From: Bacilli bacterium
GTDB lineage: Bacteria; Bacillota_I; Bacilli_A; RF39; UBA660
Length of the DNA: 64,000 nucleotides
NCBI GenBank assembly: GCA_017459425.1
Contig: JAFUCZ010000034.1
Location: forward strand, 3,117-67,116
Direction: 5' to 3'
Numbering within the stretch: the stretch's first letter is position 1; every line of letters begins with the position of its first letter. Of this stretch, positions 1 to 8,095 are shown piece after piece. The translations under genes and the position numbers were made by a program. A model generated the notes under the pieces. It was given only the letters and a program-made list of their open reading frames with translations, was not told the DNA's origin and did no database searches.

Positions 1-1
1 A

Positions 2-1057
2 ACTAGTTACGAAATTATTAAATATGATAAACAAGTAGAAGATGCTAAAAAAGAAATAAATGATGGTAATGAACCTTTTATATTTATATTTGATAATTCT
101 TCTAATACAATTGATGTGACTTTTATAAGTAAAGGATATGTTGATTTAAAAAATTATCAAGTATTATATAATGCAATTAATAATACAAAGGTAGAACTTG
201 CAATAATCTCTTCTTCAGTAACACAAGAAGAATTAAATAAAATATATAGTCCAGTTAATATAAAAAGAGAATATATAGATAAGTCAAAATCATCAAAAGA
301 AGAAAATTCGAATATGATGATGAGTACTATTTTCCCTGTTATTATACTTCCATTTTTCATGTTAACTATATTTTTAGTTCAAATGATTGGTGCTGAAGTT
401 AATGATGAAAAATCTACTAGAGGAATGGAAATAATTATATCTAATGTTTCTCCTAAAGTTCACTTTTTTTCAAAAGTAATCGCAGGTAATTTATTTGTAC
501 TTATTCAAGGAGCTTTATTATTTGTTTATGGAGGAATAGGACTATTAATTAGAAAATTATTAAGTAATAATTCAAGTAAATTAAATTTGGGAATTGATAT
601 TGATATTTCTAAATTTTTATCACAAAGTATCATTGATAAATTAATATATATTATTCCTATTACATTAATTCTTATGGTTTTAACATTTATTGCATACGGA
701 GTTCTTGCTGGAGTACTTGCATCTATGACAACAAATACAGAAGATTTTCAACAATTGCAAACTCCAATTATAATAATTTCACTTGCTGGTTATTATTTAG
801 CAATGATGTCTAATGTTTTTGAAGGTGCAATAATTATTAGAGTACTTTCTTATTTCCCACTAATATCTGCTATACTTTCTCCATCGTTACTACTTCTTGG
901 ACAAATCGGAATAATAGATATGGTTATAAGTATAGTAATAATGATTTTAACTAACTATATATTTATTAAATATGGTTTAAAAATTTATAAAGAAGGAATT
1001 CTTAATTACACATCAAAACATTTATGGAAAAAGATGTGGAGAGCTGTTAAAAATTAG
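2..1057 (+). CDS. ABC-2/NatB-like ABC transporter permease, 5' end cut by window edge
   Basis: Reading frame is open from nt 2 (no stop before the track ATG at 116), so the gene starts upstream of the window. ...EVNDEKSTRGMEIIISN... is followed by about 6 hydrophobic spans, the layout of ABC-2 type permeases. Confidence 0.55.
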   Translation, partial: TSYEIIKYDKQVEDAKKEINDGNEPFIFIFDNSSNTIDVTFISKGYVDLKNYQVLYNAINNTKVELAIISSSVTQEELNKIYSPVNIKREYIDKSKSSKEENSNMMMSTIFPVIILPFFMLTIFLVQMIGAEVNDEKSTRGMEIIISNVSPKVHFFSKVIAGNLFVLIQGALLFVYGGIGLLIRKLLSNNSSKLNLGIDIDISKFLSQSIIDKLIYIIPITLILMVLTFIAYGVLAGVLASMTTNTEDFQQLQTPIIIISLAGYYLAMMSNVFEGAIIIRVLSYFPLISAILSPSLLLLGQIGIIDMVISIVIMILTNYIFIKYGLKIYKEGILNYTSKHLWKKMWRAVKN

Positions 1058-1076
1058 AGAAATCTAATTTTTATAT

Positions 1077-1153
1077 GCTGGAATAGCTTTAGTTGGTAGA
1101 GCAATTGATTCGTAATCAATAGGTCGCAGGTTCGAGTCCTGTTTCCAGCACCA
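1077..1153 (+). tRNA. tRNA-Thr (anticodon CGU)
   Basis: 77-nt cloverleaf read by hand. Acceptor GCTGGAA/TTCCAGC, D arm GCTT..GAGC, anticodon arm ATTGA-TTCGTAA-TCAAT, T arm GCAGG-TTCGAGT-CCTGT, encoded CCA. Confidence 0.93.
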
Positions 1154-1164
1154 TTAGGAAATCT

Positions 1165-1184
1165 GTTCGAATGCTCGAACTTTT
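1165..1184 (+). terminator. hairpin plus T-run after tRNA-Thr
   Basis: GTTCGA-ATGC-TCGAAC followed by TTTT. Confidence 0.5.
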
Positions 1185-1192
1185 AGATAGAT

Positions 1193-1217
1193 ATCAATCA
1201 GAAATGATTGATTTTTT
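1193..1217 (+). terminator. second intrinsic terminator after tRNA-Thr
   Basis: ATCAATCA-GAAA-TGATTGAT (8 bp) followed by TTTTT. Confidence 0.6.
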
Positions 1218-1254
1218 CGTTTTATAAGAAAAAATCATAGAAAGGTTGGTGTCT

Positions 1255-1431
1255 ATGATAAAAATAATTAAAGAAGAAATTGAAATTGATGAATCTTTAG
1301 TTTCTAGATTAAATGTTATATGTGATTTTTGTAATACTACACCTATCATAGAAAATGATATTATGGACGAAAAAGAATACACTAGTTTTATTAATAAAAA
1401 AGAAAAAAATTGTGATGATTTTGAACGATAA
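1255..1431 (+). CDS. small hypothetical protein (58 aa) carrying the conserved C-terminal module IMDEKEYTSFINKKEKNCDDFER
   Basis: ATG 1255 lies 9 nt after AAAGG; the track ORF begins at TTG 1246. The last 72 nt are repeated at 2455..2526 with a substitution pattern that looks like coding constraint. Confidence 0.5.
   Translation: MIKIIKEEIEIDESLVSRLNVICDFCNTTPIIENDIMDEKEYTSFINKKEKNCDDFER
1360..1431 (+). repeat. 72-nt module copy 1 (encodes ...IMDEKEYTSFINKKEKNCDDFER-stop)
   Basis: Hand alignment to 2455..2526 gives 63/72 identical. 5 of the 9 differences are synonymous. Confidence 0.85.
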
Positions 1432-1465
1432 TGTTATGTTGAAATATTATATTATATTTATGCTA

Positions 1466-1494
1466 TTGTAATATTTTGGATAATAGTATATAAT
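1466..1494 (+). promoter_or_regulatory. sigma-A type promoter for the 1522 gene
   Basis: TTGTAA, 17 nt spacer, TATAAT. GGGAGG RBS at 1508-1513. Confidence 0.55.
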
Positions 1495-1521
1495 AAACAA
1501 TTAGTTAGGGAGGCTATGTAA

Positions 1522-2226
1522 ATGAGTAATGTTTTAAAAACAATTTTTAATCACAATGAATTGAAACAAGTAAAAAGTATAGCTGCTTCTTTAAATTTAA
1601 AATTTAATCTTCATGATTTAAAAAGATTAAAGAAGGAACATGTTAATGCATTTGAAATATCTAATAATTTAATTTATTTCTATCCATTAAATGATGGAAT
1701 GCCTACATGTGGTTTTGAATTTTATAAAAATGGTGAATTAGTAATTGATAATGATAAAGAATATAGTCAAATATCTAATTTAGATGAAATACTTTTGCAA
1801 ATGGTTAGAATATTCAATCAATCACTTGATAATAAAATTGTATTAGACCCATATTATTTTATGTTAGAATTAACAGATGAACCTCGCAAAGATTATAAAG
1901 GTAATGTGAGTTTAGTAATAACTGAAAAAGCAATTAGAAATCAAAAATTAAATGACCAAAATTTTGATGAAGCAACTAAATATTTTATTAATCATTTTTT
2001 AGATCATTTTATTGGATGGAATTTTGGATTATCTGTTAATAGAAATGAAGATTTAAAAAGAGAATTAGAAGAATTAAATGAAAAAGTTATAGATATGGGT
2101 ATTAGAGAATGGGCTGGTTCAGGATTTGAAGTATATGGTATTGATGATGAAGTATATGATGGATTACAACATTATAAATTACCTACTGAAAAAGCAAATG
2201 TTAAGAAAAAAGTATTAAATAAATAA
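1522..2226 (+). CDS. hypothetical protein (234 aa), no recognisable domain
   Basis: Strong RBS GGGAGG 8 nt upstream, own promoter and own terminator. I recognise no motif. Confidence 0.7.
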   Translation: MSNVLKTIFNHNELKQVKSIAASLNLKFNLHDLKRLKKEHVNAFEISNNLIYFYPLNDGMPTCGFEFYKNGELVIDNDKEYSQISNLDEILLQMVRIFNQSLDNKIVLDPYYFMLELTDEPRKDYKGNVSLVITEKAIRNQKLNDQNFDEATKYFINHFLDHFIGWNFGLSVNRNEDLKRELEELNEKVIDMGIREWAGSGFEVYGIDDEVYDGLQHYKLPTEKANVKKKVLNK

Positions 2227-2248
2227 CAGGGTATCCTGTTTTTATTTT
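2225..2248 (+). terminator. intrinsic terminator
   Basis: AACAGG-GTAT-CCTGTT followed by TTTATTTT, overlapping the stop codon. Confidence 0.7.
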
Positions 2249-2385
2249 AAATTTTACCATAATTATTGAAAAGTGATTAATTATTTGGCAAAATGAATAT
2301 AGTGATTGATATAAAGAGTCGTCTTTAGCGGGTGAGTTGTAAACAACTTTTTCATTCGCACCATTATAAAAAAGTTTGCTTTTTT

Positions 2386-2526
2386 ATGTATAATGTATTT
2401 GGTGATAAAGACGATAAATATAAAGAAATGGCTGATAATTTATTTATCAATGGAATTATGGATGAAAAAGAATATACTAGTGTTATCAACAAAAAAGAAA
2501 AAAATCGTAATGATTATGAAAGATAA
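2386..2526 (+). CDS. small ORF (46 aa from ATG 2386; the track extends it to GTG 2332) ending in a second copy of the module GIMDEKEYTSVINKKEKNRNDYER
   Basis: The C-terminal 24 codons are paralogous to 1360..1431. There is no convincing RBS at any candidate start, so the start and expression are uncertain. Confidence 0.35.
   Translation: MYNVFGDKDDKYKEMADNLFINGIMDEKEYTSVINKKEKNRNDYER
2455..2526 (+). repeat. 72-nt module copy 2
   Basis: See 1360..1431. Confidence 0.85.
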
Positions 2527-2577
2527 TGACTATTATTTTTAATTGTGTTATAATATCTCGTAGGAGTGAAGTTATCG

Positions 2578-2859
2578 ATGAAAAAAAGACGAGAACAAAT
2601 TAAAGAATTAAAGAAAATGAGGGATTTATCTTTAGCTGCAAGAAGACAAAGATCTGTTGTACAAGAAAATAATCCCAGGAAATCAGAATTAATTAAATTA
2701 AGAAATGAAATAATGTCATATAGGGATTCTATAGATAAACAAGAATCTTTAAGACGATTAGAAAAACTAGAGAGACAATGCGATACTTTATCTGAAACTG
2801 AATTTCAAAAACGATTAAGAATGGTAAGACCTACAATTATTGTTATATATGAAAGATAA
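2578..2859 (+). CDS. hypothetical highly charged coiled-coil-like protein (93 aa), ends ...IVIYER
   Basis: TAGGAG RBS upstream of ATG 2578, with an extended -10 TGTTATAAT just before it. The Lys/Arg/Glu-rich heptad-like sequence is REQIKELKKMR. Confidence 0.6.
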   Translation: MKKRREQIKELKKMRDLSLAARRQRSVVQENNPRKSELIKLRNEIMSYRDSIDKQESLRRLEKLERQCDTLSETEFQKRLRMVRPTIIVIYER

Positions 2860-2870
2860 AACTAAAATGA

Positions 2871-2905
2871 TTAATTAAGAAAGTGTGATGTTATTTATGA
2901 GTTTA
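2871..2905 (+). repeat. 35-nt cassette-junction repeat, copy 1 (TTAATTAAGAAAGTGTGATGTTATTTATGAGTTTA)
   Basis: Identical to 3393..3427 except within a 4-nt patch (GTGT vs GAAA). It covers the weak RBS and the first codons MLFMSL. Confidence 0.9.
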
Positions 2906-3382
2906 AGAGAAGCAGGGGAACAAAGAACCCGAAGAAGACTAGAAGCAAAAATAGAATTATCAGAACAAGAAACAAAAAGTATAGAAGAAATGAGCCGAGA
3001 AGAGCTAATATTAGAATTGAAAAAAGCAAGAAAAGAAATTTTGATACAAAAAGGATTAAAAGAAAATGCAATAAAACGTGCGCAAGGACAAGCATTACAA
3101 GTATTAGTTGCACAAGGACAAGCTACGCAAAAACAAGATAATCCGAATGACATATATAAAATAGTTCCTTATACTTGTCCTACTATAGCTGGTCATCCAG
3201 GGGGTCTTTATATAATTGAAAAATCAACAGGAAGAATTGTGGGAAGTTTAGAGGAAAGACAATTCAAAAATAGAGGAATTCCTAATGCAGTGTGGGATGG
3301 TTATACATTATGGATTGGTGGGATAGCTTTTATAAAAACTAGATTGTTGGAAAGTACACGTCCACATGTTTATGTAAGATAG
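2888..3382 (+). CDS. hypothetical protein (164 aa): MLFMSL N-terminus, charged helical region, unique C-terminal domain
   Basis: The start region is shared with the next gene. Long ORF with no recognised domain. Confidence 0.6.
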   Translation: MLFMSLREAGEQRTRRRLEAKIELSEQETKSIEEMSREELILELKKARKEILIQKGLKENAIKRAQGQALQVLVAQGQATQKQDNPNDIYKIVPYTCPTIAGHPGGLYIIEKSTGRIVGSLEERQFKNRGIPNAVWDGYTLWIGGIAFIKTRLLESTRPHVYVR

Positions 3383-3392
3383 AATTATGTAG

Positions 3393-3427
3393 TTAATTAA
3401 GAAAGAAAGATGTTATTTATGAGTTTA
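3393..3427 (+). repeat. 35-nt cassette-junction repeat, copy 2
   Basis: See 2871..2905. Confidence 0.9.
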
Positions 3428-3988
3428 GAAAATTCAGGAGAAGAAAGAATAAAACAACTAAAAAGACTTAAAACAACATTACAAACAGTTTTAGAATTAA
3501 GGAAAGAATTGGAAAAACAAGATGAACAATTGAAAATTGCAGAAAACCAATCTCAAGAACTATTAACACCAGCCAAACAAAGGGGGAGTTTAGATATGTT
3601 TGGAAAAAAATCAAAAAAAGACCAATTAAATTTTAAAAGTGATAATTATAAAATGAACGATAGTTATAAAACTGATGATTTAGTAGTTGCTAATTTAGAG
3701 TATACATCAAATGGATCAACTATAGATGGACCTATGGTTAAGCAAACAGTGCAAAAATATATATTTGAAATGTTAAATGAAAACGGGAAAACTAGATATA
3801 GGGAAATATTTACCGGTTTTATAGCTGATGCAGAGGAAAGTCTTTATTTTGATTTACCATATGTTGTAAATATTGTATCTTTAAAAGAACAAGTTTCGTC
3901 AGTTACAGATAACATACCAAAATATGGTTTATTATTGGTTTTAAATGAAGTAAATGCTAAAAAATCAGAAAAAAAATTAAAAAAATAA
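3410..3988 (+). CDS. hypothetical protein (192 aa): MLFMSL N-terminus, charged helical region, different C-terminal domain
   Basis: Paralogous N-terminus (MLFMSLxxxGExR) to 2888..3382. The C-terminal 120 aa are unrelated. Confidence 0.6.
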   Translation: MLFMSLENSGEERIKQLKRLKTTLQTVLELRKELEKQDEQLKIAENQSQELLTPAKQRGSLDMFGKKSKKDQLNFKSDNYKMNDSYKTDDLVVANLEYTSNGSTIDGPMVKQTVQKYIFEMLNENGKTRYREIFTGFIADAEESLYFDLPYVVNIVSLKEQVSSVTDNIPKYGLLLVLNEVNAKKSEKKLKK

Positions 3989-4094
3989 TTCATCTTTATG
4001 TCAAAAAGTGTTAATAATGCTTAGACATGAATATGATACGAAAATAAATAATACAATATTAAATGAAGAATATATAAAATACGAAAGTAAATAT

Positions 4095-4129
4095 TAAAAA
4101 ACTCCGTTTCATATTAAAGAAATGGAGTT
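4095..4129 (-). terminator. intrinsic terminator of the CPBP gene (hairpin usable from both strands)
   Basis: AACTCCGTTTC / GAAATGGAGTT, an 11-bp stem with one G-U pair. The A-run on plus gives a U-run on minus. Confidence 0.7.
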
Positions 4130-4134
4130 TTAAT

Positions 4135-5199
4135 TTATATTAAAAATAACATTAAACAGCTGATAGAGTTTTGTAAAAAATGAACAAATATATTTGAACA
4201 TATATTATTTGTTTTAGTGTAAATATAGGCAAGTGTAGCTCCAAATACAGCATATGGTAATCCAGATATAATTATATTAAATAGATTTGCTTCATGGATT
4301 ACGTGCATGTATCCAAATAAAATAGAAGATACTAGAATAAAAAGAACATTATTATTTAAAAATTTTCTAACATTTGCTCTGTATATAATTTCTTCTACAA
4401 TTGGTGCCCAAATAACTGCAAGTGGTAATAATTGCCAAATTGATATGCTCTCAAGTGTTCCTTGATTAACTGACGTAGCTTTTTTAGTTAGTAAAATTGA
4501 AATTAAATTTACTACTATAAAAATAGCCATTCCAATTAAATATCTTGGAATTATATATTTTAAATATGCTGAAAAATTATTTTTAAAAACTATAAAATCA
4601 TTTTTTAAGGTATTAAAGTAAAATATAAAACACATAACAAACATTATTAAGTAAAATGAAATTTCATATATTATAATAATGGTTTTATCATTAGGTAAAA
4701 ATTTACTTACGATAAATTGTGAAAAATAAAGTAAAAACAAAATTATACATTTAATAATATCTTTTTTATTACTTTTTTTATATTCGAGTTTTGGCATTTC
4801 TTTTTTAACTTTAATCATATTTTCTTGTTTAATTGTAGCAGATAAAATAATACTTATTAAATAAACTAGTTGCATTAAAACAAAATTAGATAAAACAAAT
4901 GAAATAATTGATAATACGAGAAAAGTATTTTTTTTACTATTAATTTTATTTTTTAAAGAATAAATTAAAATAATAATACTAATAATTATTACTATGACAG
5001 ATGATAGCCTTATAAAATTTAATCCACTATGAGATAAAATATTTATAATTCTATCTTGAAAATCTTTCGGAAATTTAGAATATAATTCTTTTGAACTTTC
5101 AATTAGATTATTAATAATATTTTTTGAATAGATTATTGTTAAAATAGAAACAATTACTCCAATTATTGATGTAATAATAAAATATATTTTTCTTTTCAT
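4135..5199 (-). CDS. CPBP family intramembrane glutamic endopeptidase (CAAX protease / Abi, bacteriocin-immunity type)
   Basis: Polytopic membrane protein with motif 1 EEIIYR, motif 2 FGYMH and motif 3 HFLQN in the C-terminal third. Confidence 0.75.
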   Translation of the reverse strand: MKRKIYFIITSIIGVIVSILTIIYSKNIINNLIESSKELYSKFPKDFQDRIINILSHSGLNFIRLSSVIVIIISIIILIYSLKNKINSKKNTFLVLSIISFVLSNFVLMQLVYLISIILSATIKQENMIKVKKEMPKLEYKKSNKKDIIKCIILFLLYFSQFIVSKFLPNDKTIIIIYEISFYLIMFVMCFIFYFNTLKNDFIVFKNNFSAYLKYIIPRYLIGMAIFIVVNLISILLTKKATSVNQGTLESISIWQLLPLAVIWAPIVEEIIYRANVRKFLNNNVLFILVSSILFGYMHVIHEANLFNIIISGLPYAVFGATLAYIYTKTNNICSNIFVHFLQNSISCLMLFLI

Positions 5200-5328
5200 A
5201 AAATCACCTATAAATATTTTAACACATATACAATATTTTATTAATTATTTGATATTTTGTTTACACCAAATTATGTAAAATTATTAATGTTTAGTAAAAT
5301 ATATGATATTATTTAAATAGGTGATACT

Positions 5329-6345
5329 ATGAAACGTAAAAAGAAATCAAGAAAGATATTTGTCTTGTTTTTAATATTGATTTTAGGAGGATTAATATTT
5401 TATTATTTTAATGGTGGCAAAGAAGTATTAGAAAAACAAATTCCAAAAAAACAAGAAGTTAAAAAATTAAAAATCGTAAATGAAGATTCTAATGAAAGAA
5501 ATATTGCTGTTATGATAAATAACCATAGTGCTGCAAATCCTCATTCTGGTTTAGATGATGCATATTTAGTATATGAAATAATCGTCGAAGGTGGTTTAAC
5601 AAGAATGATGGCAGTGTATAAAGATAAAAATACTGATATTATTGGTTCAGTTAGAAGCGCTAGACATTATTTTTTAGATTACGCTCTTGAAAATGATGCT
5701 ATATACACTCATTTTGGATGGAGTGAAAAAGCAGAAAGTGATATACAATCTTTAGGTATAAACAATATTAATGGATTATATGATGATGCTTTTTGGAGAG
5801 AAAAACTTAATTTAGCGTATGAACATACTGCATTTACTAGTATAGATAAAATTAAAGAATTAGCTAAAAAGAAAAAATATCGTTTAACTTCAGACGATGA
5901 ATTGTTGTTAAACTATAGTGTTGATGAGATAAATTTAAATAACGAAGAAAATGCTACAGTAGCAAATGAAGTTTCTATTCCGTATTCATATCAACATACA
6001 ACGAGTTATGTATATAATCCTGATACTAAAAGGTATTTAAGATATATGAATGGTATAGAACATACTGATAGAATTACAAATAATCAATATAGTGCTAAAA
6101 ATATAATTATAGCAAAAATCAAAAATTATTCTATAGATAGTTACGGTAGACAAAATTTAGATAATATCGGAACAGGTGAGGGATATTACATTACAAATGG
6201 ATATAGTATTCCAATTACATGGAGTAAATCCTCAAGAAATAGTAAAACTATTTACAAAAAATTTAATGGTGAAGAAATAAAAGTTAATGATGGAAATACT
6301 TATATACAAATTGAGCCAATAAATTTTGAACCAAATTTTTCATAA
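5329..6345 (+). CDS. DUF3048 (YerB-like) exported protein
   Basis: N-terminal signal/anchor, then AVMINNHSAANPHSGLDDAYLVYEIIVEGGLTRMMAVY, which is typical of DUF3048. Confidence 0.65.
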   Translation: MKRKKKSRKIFVLFLILILGGLIFYYFNGGKEVLEKQIPKKQEVKKLKIVNEDSNERNIAVMINNHSAANPHSGLDDAYLVYEIIVEGGLTRMMAVYKDKNTDIIGSVRSARHYFLDYALENDAIYTHFGWSEKAESDIQSLGINNINGLYDDAFWREKLNLAYEHTAFTSIDKIKELAKKKKYRLTSDDELLLNYSVDEINLNNEENATVANEVSIPYSYQHTTSYVYNPDTKRYLRYMNGIEHTDRITNNQYSAKNIIIAKIKNYSIDSYGRQNLDNIGTGEGYYITNGYSIPITWSKSSRNSKTIYKKFNGEEIKVNDGNTYIQIEPINFEPNFS

Positions 6346-6412
6346 ATTTTAAAAAAAGAATTATATTTTTTCTAAATTTATGGTATACTGTTATAGTATC
6401 AGAGGTGAGTTC

Positions 6413-6913
6413 ATGAAAAATAACATAGATTTAGAATATGTTAGTATCATTGAAAATATATTAGATAATAAAGAATATCAAAAACTTAAACAAATTGAAC
6501 ATCACGGAATTACTAGATATGATCATTGTTTAAAGGTTTCTTTTTATTCGTACAAAGTAGCGCATGCACTTAGATTAGATTATGAATCTGTTGCTAGAGC
6601 TGGTCTTTTACATGATTTTTTCTTAAGTGATAATGAAAGAACATTTAAAGATAGATTTGTTTCTGTTTTTGTTCATCCTAAATTTGCTGTTGAAAAATCA
6701 AGCAAGGAATTTAACATTTCAGATAAAGAAAAGGATATTATTAGAACACATATGTTTCCAATAAATCCAGCTATTCCAAAGTATGCAGAAAGTTGGATAG
6801 TTAGTATTGTTGATAAATTTGTAGCGCTTAACGAATTTTCACATAAATTTAGTTATAAATTAAAATATGCATTAAATTTATATATCATATTTTTGATTAA
6901 TTTTTATAAATAG
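6413..6913 (+). CDS. HD-domain phosphohydrolase
   Basis: H...HD metal motif (RYDHCL..., LLHDFF). AGAGGTGAG RBS before ATG 6413, so the track start at 6380 is trimmed. Paralogue of 55064..55507. Confidence 0.7.
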   Translation: MKNNIDLEYVSIIENILDNKEYQKLKQIEHHGITRYDHCLKVSFYSYKVAHALRLDYESVARAGLLHDFFLSDNERTFKDRFVSVFVHPKFAVEKSSKEFNISDKEKDIIRTHMFPINPAIPKYAESWIVSIVDKFVALNEFSHKFSYKLKYALNLYIIFLINFYK

Positions 6914-6934
6914 ACTACAAAAATGTAGTCTTTT
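6912..6934 (+). terminator. intrinsic terminator
   Basis: AGACTACA-AAAA-TGTAGTCT followed by TTTT. Confidence 0.8.
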
Positions 6935-6952
6935 ATGTTAAAATCAAATTGT

Positions 6953-7029
6953 GTCCTCGTAGCTCAGTAGGATAGAGCGAGTGCCTCCTAAGCACTAGGT
7001 CGTTGGTTCGATTCCAATCGGGGACGCCA
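6953..7029 (+). tRNA. tRNA-Arg (anticodon CCU)
   Basis: Acceptor GTCCTCG/CGGGGAC, anticodon arm AGTGC-CTCCTAA-GCACT, T arm GTTGG-TTCGATT-CCAAT, encoded CCA. Confidence 0.93.
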
Positions 7030-7044
7030 TTTATAAAAAATTCA

Positions 7045-7073
7045 AAAATAGTTTGAAATAAAACTATTTTTTT
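7045..7073 (+). terminator. intrinsic terminator after tRNA-Arg
   Basis: AAAATAGTTT / AAACTATTTT, a 10-bp stem running into a T-run. Confidence 0.75.
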
Positions 7074-7110
7074 GATATACTATATTACATTTAAAGGGGG
7101 AACTTTAAAA

Positions 7111-8037
7111 ATGAATTATTCTTTAAAAAAAATGCTTGATTTGCGTGATTTAATGAAATTATATTCTATAGTTATAAAAGAAACACAAGATATAAAATTA
7201 TTAAAGGAAATGTATGGCTTTTTTAAGGAATTAAATATGAAACACGGTTTAGCTAGTAGTGTGAATGATATATATAATTTAATAGTAAAATATATGCTTA
7301 ATTCTGAAAAAGTTTTCAATAATAAACAATTACTTGATACTTCTTTTACTTTAGACATAAAAAAAGACATGGAATTAAATACGGATAGTGAAGAACAAGT
7401 ACTCGAATACATTGTGTTTCAAATAAGAAAGAAACTTTTAAAGACAATATATTGGAATAGCATAGGTGCATTACTTAATGAAAGTAATACATGGAATCCA
7501 AGTTTAGTTAATTATTGCTATAACGCTAGTATCAATGTAAAAGAATTATGTAATAAACATAAAATAAAATGTTATTTACTAGAAATACATCCAGGTTATT
7601 GTAAAAAAGCTAAATTATTTAAAGGAAATGGATTTCATTATGCAAATATCATAAAGTTAAAAAACTATTATTTGTTGGATTTAACTTATTCTCAATTTTT
7701 TAATTTAGGTACAACTAATTTAGAACGAATCGGACTTGTAAACTATCCACTTACAAAAGCAGGTAGATTTATGATAATGAATGAAGATAGAAAAAAAACT
7801 GCATTAGAAGTGTTAAAAAAAGGTTATATTAAAATTGATGACAATTCTTTAAAAAATTATTTTGATGGATTTACAATTTCATATAGAAACGGACTATATT
7901 ATGAACGAACTAAAGATTATTCATATACTACAAATTATACTATAGATGACTATTTTAATTTTATAATGAAAAAAGATAATCAAATAAAGCACGAAGGAGA
8001 AGATGTTTTAGGATACCAAAAGAAGTATCACCTATAA
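7111..8037 (+). CDS. hypothetical protein with a possible transglutaminase/papain-like Cys-His-Asp core
   Basis: AAAGGGGG RBS before ATG 7111. The ordered NYCYNAS ... GFHYANII ... LLDLTY resembles a C/H/D cysteine-protease-fold triad, which is inference only. Confidence 0.6.
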   Translation: MNYSLKKMLDLRDLMKLYSIVIKETQDIKLLKEMYGFFKELNMKHGLASSVNDIYNLIVKYMLNSEKVFNNKQLLDTSFTLDIKKDMELNTDSEEQVLEYIVFQIRKKLLKTIYWNSIGALLNESNTWNPSLVNYCYNASINVKELCNKHKIKCYLLEIHPGYCKKAKLFKGNGFHYANIIKLKNYYLLDLTYSQFFNLGTTNLERIGLVNYPLTKAGRFMIMNEDRKKTALEVLKKGYIKIDDNSLKNYFDGFTISYRNGLYYERTKDYSYTTNYTIDDYFNFIMKKDNQIKHEGEDVLGYQKKYHL

Positions 8038-8095
8038 CCAAATTGATTTTTAGCTGATTATGTGTTAATATTATAAAGTAAAAAAGGAGAATAAA

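Noticed and set aside
4017-4097. Possible fourth, degenerate copy of the YER-tail module (26-codon ORF MLRHEYDTKINNTILNEEYIKYESKY; compare EYTSFINK / YER-stop).
   Set aside because: The similarity is limited to a few residues in low-complexity AT-rich sequence, and there is no RBS. I cannot distinguish it from chance by eye.
1154-4134. Integrated mobile element with att repeats at tRNA-Thr.
   Set aside because: I found no integrase or recombinase gene and no direct repeat of the tRNA 3' end at the distal border.
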